Positions 7,522 through 14,456 of a DNA stretch of 14,456 nucleotides are shown piece after piece. The notes beneath the pieces are model-generated. The model was given only the letters and a program-made list of their open reading frames with translations, did no database searches and was not told the origin of the DNA. Source of the stretch: Pseudobdellovibrionaceae bacterium (lineage in GTDB: Bacteria > Bdellovibrionota > Bdellovibrionia > Bdellovibrionales > Bdellovibrionaceae). Where the stretch lies: contig JBIKLL010000069.1 in assembly GCA_044359815.1 (NCBI GenBank), positions 1-14,456 on the forward strand. The letters run 5' to 3'. A program made the position numbers and the translations under genes. Each line of letters begins with the position of its first letter. The first letter of the stretch is position 1.

Positions 7522-8717
7522 TGCAATCCTTTGCTGGGATTTGGGGAACCAGCTGATTGTCGCATTAAATCCATCGGACAATAGGTCGCTTTACTGGGAC
7601 TGGTGCAGCCAAAGTCTTTTCTGATTTCGGGGTGGGTCAGGGTTAATTTATTCATTCTGTCAATCATGGCGGGGTGTTCGCCAACCCTGGTATCGCAACT
7701 GTATCTGGACATATTGATCCAGCCGTTTTTTAAATCGTTTTTGCGCATATCGCTGTAATTTCGTCGAACATAATCCACGGTGATTTCTAATCCCATCCAA
7801 TCAGCAAAGCTTTCACCGATTTGATCGCCGACGATGCAATCCAAGGTTCTTTTGCTGGGATTTGCTTTGACGCTGTCTGCGCTTCGCAAACATTGCATCA
7901 CTGGCATCCAGGGGGACCTGACTCCTTTGGGAATTCCAATCTGAAATTCCTCGGCGCATGGATCCAGAGTGTGAGTCAGTTCGTGTGATAGTGCCATGGC
8001 CAGATTAAACATACTGGTATTTTGCAACGAAAATCCAGATTCGATGCAAATCACGTTTGAATCATAGCCAAAATAATTAGCGGCATTGCCATTAACGATG
8101 GCATCTTCGGGCATTAAGCCCCAACAGTCGACCAGCTTTGTGGCTGACAGTTTGTCAATCATGGCCTTTTTTCGGTGGGGTGCTAATGATAAAGTATCCA
8201 GTTTTTCGATCATGATTTTTTTCAGGTCTTCCAGCATTTTTTGCGCTTTGGATTTAAAATCAGAATCTACAAAAAATTTTTTATAATCATCGTTTATGGA
8301 TTTTAAGAAAGAACTAATTTCAACGGTGTCTCTTGCGCTGTCGAAAGCGCCATAATCAAAACTGTCTGGAAACTGCGGGTCCAAAGGGTTTAGGGACGAT
8401 GCCAGAGTAGGGGTTAGTTTTTTTAGGCATTTTGCAAAATTGGATTCGCAATTTTTTATCCCCGCAAAACCCGCAAAAGACTTTAACATATTTTTGTTTT
8501 TTGGATCAGCCAATGTCGTACTGATTTTGGTGTTTAAAAATGCTTCAAATCGCTTCAGTTTTTCTGCCAGTTTCTTTTGGTAGGCTTCGCCAGGATGAAT
8601 TGAATATCCAGTGGGGTCAGTTATGATTTTTTTATTTCCACAAACTTCGGCAAATAAATCCTGACAGATTTTAGGTTCAGCGAATGAAATTAGGGCCAAC
8701 ATTGGTAATAGCAGCAT
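7518..8717 (-). CDS. Exported M13 (neprilysin-family)-like zinc metallopeptidase, compact 399 aa
   Basis: CQDLFAEVCG (cf. CxDFxxxxCG), NA motif (aa 211), HELTHTLD (245-252), GESFADWMGL (ExxxD, 301-310), HP..DR (348-354), PEIRKDFGC; short signal peptide. Confidence 0.85.
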   Translation of the reverse strand: MLLLPMLALISFAEPKICQDLFAEVCGNKKIITDPTGYSIHPGEAYQKKLAEKLKRFEAFLNTKISTTLADPKNKNMLKSFAGFAGIKNCESNFAKCLKKLTPTLASSLNPLDPQFPDSFDYGAFDSARDTVEISSFLKSINDDYKKFFVDSDFKSKAQKMLEDLKKIMIEKLDTLSLAPHRKKAMIDKLSATKLVDCWGLMPEDAIVNGNAANYFGYDSNVICIESGFSLQNTSMFNLAMALSHELTHTLDPCAEEFQIGIPKGVRSPWMPVMQCLRSADSVKANPSKRTLDCIVGDQIGESFADWMGLEITVDYVRRNYSDMRKNDLKNGWINMSRYSCDTRVGEHPAMIDRMNKLTLTHPEIRKDFGCTSPSKATYCPMDLMRQSAGSPNPSKGLQ

Positions 8718-8723
8718 GATTTA

Positions 8724-8732
8724 ATGCTAGCA
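8724..8732 (-). promoter_or_regulatory. Putative extended -10 promoter (TGcTAGCAT) for a leaderless transcript
   Basis: Minus strand reads TG-C-TAGCAT-TAAATC-ATG(8717); no Shine-Dalgarno is present. Confidence 0.5.
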
Positions 8733-8871
8733 TGTCTTATCCAGATATTTAAAGAGCCTTTCAGAAGCCTTTAATCTGAGTGTTTTAAACATAAAATCTG
8801 GACCGTCATTAGTGCCAAGTGTTAGACCCGATTATATAATCATGTTCTAGGAAACGTCGCTTTTATAAATG

Positions 8872-9576
8872 TCACCTTTGGCAGGATGTTTCTGAAGGGT
8901 GATGTTCTTGTTCACATCCTGATTCAGTTTCCTCATAATCAATGAACAGATTCAGAATGCCTTGTTGAGTGATCCGCCAAGGGTCTAAGCATAGCGATCT
9001 GTCTTTAGGATTTGGACGTTCGCAAGTTTCAACTTTGATGTTGATCACGTTCAAACCATCTTCGACATGGAAAGATCCATAAAAAGTATTTGGAGCCACA
9101 TCAATCCAGATCTTAGGGGTTTCTCCCTCTCGCACACCTGTAATTATTTGAGACCCAGTTCGCTCACTAGAAACCGTCATCTTTCTGACAAAAGAATTCG
9201 TCCCACGAAATGATTCTAAAAACACGTCATCGCGAGCAGAAATTTTTTCTACTCGACTGATCTTCACCACAATATTGTCACAATTGTATTCAATGGCCTT
9301 CATCCACTCTCGGACAAGTTTAACCTTTTTATTAATGATGACTTTGCCACTTTGATCGATGTGTTCTTGATATCCATTCTCCACATGGGTGCTGGGCGCT
9401 ACATAGTTGGCTGGGCAACTTAAGTTGGGAATTGTCCAGTCACTAGGTGGTGGGGGTGGGGGTGTCGTAGTGGTTGGAGTATCAATATTAAAATCAAAAA
9501 CCCTAAATAGAGGATTCATACATCCACTGCTTAAAATCCCAAGTCCAAAAACAATAAACATTAAAACATTTTTCAT
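8872..9576 (-). CDS. Hypothetical lipoprotein with Thr/Pro linker
   Basis: Lipobox LSSG-C; TPTTTTPPPPPP linker; beta-rich body with six further Cys; AAGGAG (9582-9587) overlaps the upstream stop codon. Confidence 0.82.
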   Translation of the reverse strand: MKNVLMFIVFGLGILSSGCMNPLFRVFDFNIDTPTTTTPPPPPPSDWTIPNLSCPANYVAPSTHVENGYQEHIDQSGKVIINKKVKLVREWMKAIEYNCDNIVVKISRVEKISARDDVFLESFRGTNSFVRKMTVSSERTGSQIITGVREGETPKIWIDVAPNTFYGSFHVEDGLNVINIKVETCERPNPKDRSLCLDPWRITQQGILNLFIDYEETESGCEQEHHPSETSCQR

Positions 9577-9585
9577 AAATACTCC

Positions 9586-10413
9586 TTAGTTTGTTTTATA
9601 TTTTTTTAAAACGGGCTCTAGATGAGTCCTGACATACGCCGTAGAATGATTGCTATGATCAATACTTTTAATAAATGTGATTTCGTTTCCAGAAATCACT
9701 CCAAACAATCTGTAAGCTCCTACATCTGCTGATTTAAAATGAGTTTTCACAACCCAAGTCATTCTTGATAAAGCCGTTAAATGGTAAGAGGATTTTGAAT
9801 TAAATCCATTCAAAATAGATTTTATAACTAATGGAGCGATCGATTGCATCCGAGTTTCTTTTGAAGTGGAAAGTTCATCCACAATCGCTTTTGTAAATTG
9901 GACGAAATACTCTCTGCCATTTGAATAAGTGACTCGATATTTTTTATTGGGTTGAATGGCTTCAACTTTCAAATCGGCTAAGTCCGAAAATGCAGAGCTC
10001 TTAGATTCTGAGTTTTCAATGAGTGAAGGACGATAAATTATTTTATTAAATGAAAGCTTCAGGTTATTGTAAATTTCAATTAGTATCCAAAGCCTCTGAC
10101 CTGTCTGCTTGGTCTGATCATCGACTGTGTTTTCTAGTTCTAATTTTAAGTCTTGGATTCTTTGAAGCAATAAGCTGAAACTTACTGGGTCTTTTTTAAA
10201 ATTCCTGTGAATTAAATTTTCTAGTTCATCTACTTTGTCAGTAAGCGAAATCAGCTTGTCCTCAGAAAAAGCAGGTGTTGTGGTGAAGGATCTTTCATCA
10301 GCCAAAAGCCAAATTGATTCGCAGGCTAGTTTAAATCCTCGAGGGAAATCACCATGAGCCCCAATTTGAGGAGCCCAGAATAATAAAACTGTTATAAAAA
10401 TTAGCTGTTTCAT
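9586..10413 (-). CDS. Signal-peptide protein with helical N-terminal part and RelE/ParE-like C-terminal domain
   Basis: Signal peptide MKQLIFITVLLFWAPQIGA; amphipathic helices at about aa 50-125; aa 169-256 read YFVQFTKAIVDEL...VGAYRLFGVISGNEITFIKSIDH. The CDS is secure, but the domain call is by eye. Confidence 0.65.
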   Translation of the reverse strand: MKQLIFITVLLFWAPQIGAHGDFPRGFKLACESIWLLADERSFTTTPAFSEDKLISLTDKVDELENLIHRNFKKDPVSFSLLLQRIQDLKLELENTVDDQTKQTGQRLWILIEIYNNLKLSFNKIIYRPSLIENSESKSSAFSDLADLKVEAIQPNKKYRVTYSNGREYFVQFTKAIVDELSTSKETRMQSIAPLVIKSILNGFNSKSSYHLTALSRMTWVVKTHFKSADVGAYRLFGVISGNEITFIKSIDHSNHSTAYVRTHLEPVLKKYKTN

Positions 10414-10477
10414 GGAGCCTATAATAAATAGCCCAAGAATTTTTCAATAGAAAAATTAAGTAAATTGTAAGCGTAAA

Positions 10478-10497
10478 AGTTTACCAAAATGTAAACT
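10478..10497. promoter_or_regulatory. Operator-like palindrome AGTTTAC-N6-GTAAACT
   Basis: Perfect 7-bp inverted repeat in the divergent intergenic region, about 65 bp upstream of ATG 10413; no T-tail. Confidence 0.4.
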
Positions 10498-10740
10498 AAT
10501 ATAAAGCAGTGATTTCATGCACTTATCGGTTAATTTATCTTTGAGATTAAGATCTTCAGTCCTAAAAAACAGTGTATCCTGCAAAAAATCTATAGTAACT
10601 CAGGCTCAATCAACGACATAAAAGCAAGGGTAAAATAAACCACCTTAATTAAGTGCTGGCATATCTAAATGAGACAACTAAAGAGTCTTGCGGAAGCCGA
10701 CAAATTGATTGTTTTAAACAGAGAATCAGGATCCTCGTCA

Positions 10741-10769
10741 TTGCGAAGTGTTTGAGTCAGTTATAGAAT
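10741..10769 (+). promoter_or_regulatory. Sigma70-type promoter TTGCGA-N17-TAGAAT, 6 nt before the ATG (leaderless)
   Basis: -35 at 10741-10746, -10 at 10764-10769, ATG at 10776, no Shine-Dalgarno. Confidence 0.6.
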
Positions 10770-10775
10770 TATCAG

Positions 10776-13004
10776 ATGATGCTCTGGGGAACGTCGCTGT
10801 TTGCAATCTTTCTTAGCTTTTCAAGCTCGGCTGAATATCCTTTTTCACCTCCATTTGGACTTATGCACAACAAGCCTCCTGTTAGCGAATTTATGGACGC
10901 AAACTTTTGTGTCTATGGAGTTGGTTTTGATTTGTTTCCTCAAAAGGGAAGGGTTTTGATGGCCAGTCAGGGGGGATTTAATGAATGCACAGGGTATGGG
11001 ATAATCACTGATGCCAATACGGGCGCTATGCCCAAGACTTGGGATCAATTTCCCCATTTTATTGGTGAGCTATTTGCAATATCTGCAGTGAAGCCAGACG
11101 GAGCTGGTGGTTGGTATGTGGGCGGAGGGTTTACTAAAGTTGGGACCAGTGATCGGGTAGGATTTGCACATATAGATTCTGGTGGAAACGTTTTGCCATT
11201 AAATCCGCAATTGCGTCCCAACATGAGCATAAATCGAATTGCAGTTGTAAAAGACATTTGGGTTTTTGGATCCAAGATTGCTTTGGTTGGCGAATTTGTG
11301 ACAGCTGCCCCTTTGCCTGCCAGAACTAATTTTGCAGTGTTTGATCGAAACACCGGTGTTATTGATACTACTTTGATAGCTGATACTGCTTGGGGTGGGA
11401 TTAATAGCATTACTTCAGACGGAATAAATTTATATATTTCGGGTTTGTTTAATACGGTCAACTTAACTCCACGCCAAGAATCTGCGGCAATACGGATTTC
11501 AAATGGAACACTGACCCCGTTTGATCCGTTGGCCAGTATTTGTGGAACCTCATTTACTTGTCATATCGGGGGATTAAGATTTCACGGTCCTCACTTGTTA
11601 GCATGGACGAGTAACTATCAAATCGCAAAAATTAATCCTGCCCTGAATGCTGGAAGGGGTGGTTTAGTTTTTGGTTTGTCACTTTCATATAACTATGGGG
11701 TTCCAATGGCTGTCATAGGTAATACCATATACACAAATATGGCTGATCCAATACCATCAATACCCGCAAGAGACATCCTTGTTGGATTTGATGCAAATAC
11801 CGGCGCATCAGTATCAACGGGAATAAATCTTAAATGCAGTAATTGTAACTTTAATGCCTTTGGAAGCATTTTATATCTGTCAGGAGTTACAGATTACAAC
11901 GGCGTAAATTATCCAAATGTCATTGCAATGGCGATTGATACAACTACGAATACTAAAACGGGTTGGAATCCTCCCAATTTAGGTGGCGGATATTCTGTTT
12001 TTGGTTCGTACATGAGTCTTAGCGGGACGCAAGTTTTTATGGGATCAGGTGCGTTGGGCGCGGGGGGATCGCAGCAGGGGAAATTGGCCAGTTATGATTT
12101 AAAAACACAAGCTTTTGTCAATGTGCCGCTGACCTTTGATAATAGCGTTTTTTCGGTTGTTGCCTATGGGTCTAAGGCCTATGTGACAGGAAATTTTACC
12201 ACTGTTAACGGAGCCACCCGATATGGTTTTGCACAAATTGATTTAAATACGATGACATTAGATTCGCAAGATTTTGGGATGACCTCAGGAATGTCAGCTT
12301 TTCCAATATTAATCGGATCAAAACTGTATATTTTGGGAGGCTTTTCTTTGACCTATGGTGGGGAAACCAGAACTGGTTTTGCCAGATTTGATCTGAGTCA
12401 ATCACCTCCTGTCTTAGACCCTTTTGTAATTACCACAGATGGAGCCATTCAACTGCTTTTCGAATCTGATAATAATCTTTATGTGGCCGGATGGTTTACA
12501 CAGATAAATGGTGCGACCAGAAATAAATTAGCCATGATTGATAAAAATACTGGAGTTGTATCATCATGGAATCCAAATCCAGACAATCAAATCAACGGGA
12601 TTACTGCTTATGGGAATTCAATTTATATCGCTGGAAATTTTCGAAATATTGGAGGTGGGGCTAGAAACTATTTGGCTGCGTTTTCAAAAGGCACTAATGT
12701 TTTAGACTCTTGGAACCCTAATGCAAACGGATATGTTAAAGGCATTAAATCTGTGGGTTCAAACATTTATGTTATCGGTGATTTTACACAGATCGGAAGT
12801 ACACCAATAAATTCGCTGGCCAGATTAAATCCAACAACTGGAGCTATCAATCCTTTAAACTTTTCAGCTTTGTATGGGGGGCCAAACTATAGGCTGACCA
12901 GTTTTGGTCGGAATGTTTATGCAATTGGTGGTGGTTTGGATTCTAATGGTCACGTTCGATTTATCTGGCAAATCAACGATGTGACCGGCGATCTAAGGCC
13001 TTAG
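10776..13004 (+). CDS. Exported beta-propeller repeat protein
   Basis: Signal peptide ending SFSSSA; repeats of about 50 aa with consensus WNP..NG.V......G..(I/L)Y(V/I).G.FT.I.G..R..(L/F)A.(I/F)D..TG. Confidence 0.85.
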   Translation: MMLWGTSLFAIFLSFSSSAEYPFSPPFGLMHNKPPVSEFMDANFCVYGVGFDLFPQKGRVLMASQGGFNECTGYGIITDANTGAMPKTWDQFPHFIGELFAISAVKPDGAGGWYVGGGFTKVGTSDRVGFAHIDSGGNVLPLNPQLRPNMSINRIAVVKDIWVFGSKIALVGEFVTAAPLPARTNFAVFDRNTGVIDTTLIADTAWGGINSITSDGINLYISGLFNTVNLTPRQESAAIRISNGTLTPFDPLASICGTSFTCHIGGLRFHGPHLLAWTSNYQIAKINPALNAGRGGLVFGLSLSYNYGVPMAVIGNTIYTNMADPIPSIPARDILVGFDANTGASVSTGINLKCSNCNFNAFGSILYLSGVTDYNGVNYPNVIAMAIDTTTNTKTGWNPPNLGGGYSVFGSYMSLSGTQVFMGSGALGAGGSQQGKLASYDLKTQAFVNVPLTFDNSVFSVVAYGSKAYVTGNFTTVNGATRYGFAQIDLNTMTLDSQDFGMTSGMSAFPILIGSKLYILGGFSLTYGGETRTGFARFDLSQSPPVLDPFVITTDGAIQLLFESDNNLYVAGWFTQINGATRNKLAMIDKNTGVVSSWNPNPDNQINGITAYGNSIYIAGNFRNIGGGARNYLAAFSKGTNVLDSWNPNANGYVKGIKSVGSNIYVIGDFTQIGSTPINSLARLNPTTGAINPLNFSALYGGPNYRLTSFGRNVYAIGGGLDSNGHVRFIWQINDVTGDLRP

Positions 13005-13048
13005 CTCCGAGGCACCAAATATAAAATATAAGTAAAAAACCTCTCTTC

Positions 13049-13120
13049 AGAAGACCTCCGGTGAGCGGACGCGATCGCGCTAATGCGCGACACTGGCGAG
13101 GGCAGGAGCCCGCGTCTTCT
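13049..13120. other. GC-rich multi-hairpin element (REP-like or structured RNA candidate)
   Basis: Closing stem AGAAGAC/GTCTTCT with internal hairpins TCCG/CGGA, TCGCGC/GCGCGA and GGGC/GCCC. Confidence 0.5.
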
Positions 13121-14456
13121 GGTTCTTCCCATTTCACATTACAAGGCAATGAGTCAAAAAAGATAAGCATGCAGGGTTCTTTACTGTAAGATTTTGGTTA
13201 CGAAATCAACATCTTAGCAAAGGACACAAACATGCTCATCGACTTTCATTTGAACCGATTTCTGTTAGGAAACAACTTAAAACTGCTATCGATGCGCAGT
13301 CATAAAAATGGATATTTGTGGGAGGTCAGTAAAATCCATTCAGGCAGTCCATGTTTAAAATGTGGATCTGTCAGAACTGTAAAATCAGGCAGGTGCAGTT
13401 CAGTCGTTCGCGAAGAACCCTTCCGAAGCACTTCGTTGTGGCTTAAGATTCACAAACACAGGTATCTTTGCAAAGATTGTAGATCAGTGTTTGTAGAACC
13501 CGTTGAGGGAGTTTGGCCTAGGCGCAAATCCACAATGCGGTTTAGAAAATATATTGCCCAGCACTGTGGACGCATGTCTGATATGTCTTCGGTCAGCAGG
13601 TTGCATAATGTGTCTCACGGATTTGCCTACAAAGTCTATTATGAGCAAACTGAAGTAAAGCTTCGTGAATACAAGAGTGCACAGTGTTGGCCAGAAGTGA
13701 TCGGCATTGATGAACACTTTTTCCGTCGAGAAAGAGGTTTTACACAGTTTGTAACAATGATTACTGATCTAAAAAGAAAAAGAACTTTTGATATGGTTAA
13801 GGGGAAAGATCATCAATCATTGATGGAGCAATTAAGTGAAATTCCAGGCAGAGATAATGTTAAAGTTGTAGTGATCGATATGTCTTCGACGTACAAAAGT
13901 TTTGTCAAAAAGTTTTTTCCAAACGCAGTGATCGTTGCTGACAAGTTCCATGTGCTTAGATTGTTCACTCCCCACATTATGAAAGCCGGAAAAGAAATCC
14001 ATGGACACAGAAAAGAGCTTAGTACTCGGCGCAAACTTTTATGCAGTCGAGTTAAGCTAGATTATTTTGTTCGCACGGATATAGATCGGTATTTAAAAAA
14101 TCATGACAAACTTAATGAGCTTTATCGATGGAAAGAACGACTCTATGAAGTTTACAGAATCAAAGGATACGCAAGGGCCAGGGTTGCGTTTAGAAAACTT
14201 TTGGAAGCGATGAAAAACTCTGTGTATGAGGAAGTAAAAAAACTACTGGCAACATTTGAAAGGTGGAAACATGAAATAACAAGGTACTTTGAAAATGGCT
14301 ATACAAATGGCTTTACAGAACGTATGAACGGAACCGGAAAGCTAATACAGAGAAGGGCTTTCGGATATAGAAGCTTTAAAAACTATAAACTCAGGACCCT
14401 AAGTGCTTGTCTTTTCAAAACTTTTTAAACCTATCTAATGTTGAGTGGGGAGAACC
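13121..14456 (+). mobile_element. ISL3-family insertion sequence, 1336 bp, apparently complete
   Basis: Left end GGTTCTTCCCATTTCACATTA versus reverse complement of the right end GGTTCTCCCCACTCAACATTA (17/21 identical, GG termini typical of ISL3); single transposase ORF. Confidence 0.9.
13232..14428 (+). CDS. ISL3-family DDE transposase
   Basis: Zn finger CLKC...CKDC, IGIDEH, VVIDMS, IVADKFHV, TNGFTERMN...IQRRAFGYRSFKNY; AAAGGA at 13219-13224. Confidence 0.96.
   Translation: MLIDFHLNRFLLGNNLKLLSMRSHKNGYLWEVSKIHSGSPCLKCGSVRTVKSGRCSSVVREEPFRSTSLWLKIHKHRYLCKDCRSVFVEPVEGVWPRRKSTMRFRKYIAQHCGRMSDMSSVSRLHNVSHGFAYKVYYEQTEVKLREYKSAQCWPEVIGIDEHFFRRERGFTQFVTMITDLKRKRTFDMVKGKDHQSLMEQLSEIPGRDNVKVVVIDMSSTYKSFVKKFFPNAVIVADKFHVLRLFTPHIMKAGKEIHGHRKELSTRRKLLCSRVKLDYFVRTDIDRYLKNHDKLNELYRWKERLYEVYRIKGYARARVAFRKLLEAMKNSVYEEVKKLLATFERWKHEITRYFENGYTNGFTERMNGTGKLIQRRAFGYRSFKNYKLRTLSACLFKTF

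Noticed and set aside
7522..7581. ORF-track start of the SLT gene at 7581
   Set aside because: It gives a 64-nt overlap; GTG 7521 has an SD, a GTGA coupling and exposes the signal peptide.
3051..8286. Short opposite-strand ORFs at 3051, 3329, 3904, 5062, 6722, 7076 and 8086
   Set aside because: They lie wholly or almost wholly within better-supported genes and have no recognisable features.
9445..9478. G-rich tract as a G-quadruplex or phase-variable run, and the Gly/Val ORF 9407-9589
   Set aside because: Fully explained by poly-Pro/Thr codons on the minus strand; only two long G-runs.
10679..10703. Possible sigma28 (FliA) promoter TAAA...GCCGACAA
   Set aside because: The spacer is 13 nt versus the canonical 15, the -10 has a mismatch, and a better sigma70 promoter lies next to the ATG.
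13049..13120. tRNA gene interpretation of the cloverleaf
   Set aside because: No TTCG/T-loop, no D-loop GG, no 7-nt anticodon loop and no CCA on either strand.
10845..14034. Minus-strand ORFs at 10845, 11045, 12205, 12973, 13484 and 13813
   Set aside because: Shadows of the propeller and transposase genes; 12973-13170 crosses the IS boundary and is therefore chimeric.
1..14456. CRISPR array, rRNA, riboswitch or prophage genes
   Set aside because: No regularly spaced 25-40 bp repeats, conserved RNA motifs or phage hallmark proteins were seen.

Overview
Bacterial genomic window that is probably a whole contig, since it starts inside a (TAGCT)n microsatellite and ends exactly on the right inverted repeat of an ISL3 element. 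The left part is housekeeping: metG, translationally coupled to a lipoprotein-type beta-carbonic anhydrase, and a divergent fold-IV PLP aminotransferase. From 4.5 to 13 kb every gene carries a predicted signal or lipoprotein peptide: a metzincin-like lipoprotein, an overlapping trio (compact M13/neprilysin-like peptidase, Cys-rich lytic transglycosylase, small Cys-rich protein), a coupled pair (signal-peptide protein with a RelE/ParE-like C-terminus, Pro/Thr-linker lipoprotein) and a beta-propeller repeat protein. This density of exported hydrolases suggests a predatory Bdellovibrionota-like host, which is inference and not verified. The best candidates for new biology are the apparently exported RelE-like nuclease with its lipoprotein partner, the peptidase-transglycosylase-putative inhibitor operon, a recurring leaderless-promoter architecture, and a 72-nt multi-hairpin element abutting the IS end. 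No tRNA, rRNA or CRISPR array was seen. All calls come from motif reading only, with no database searches.
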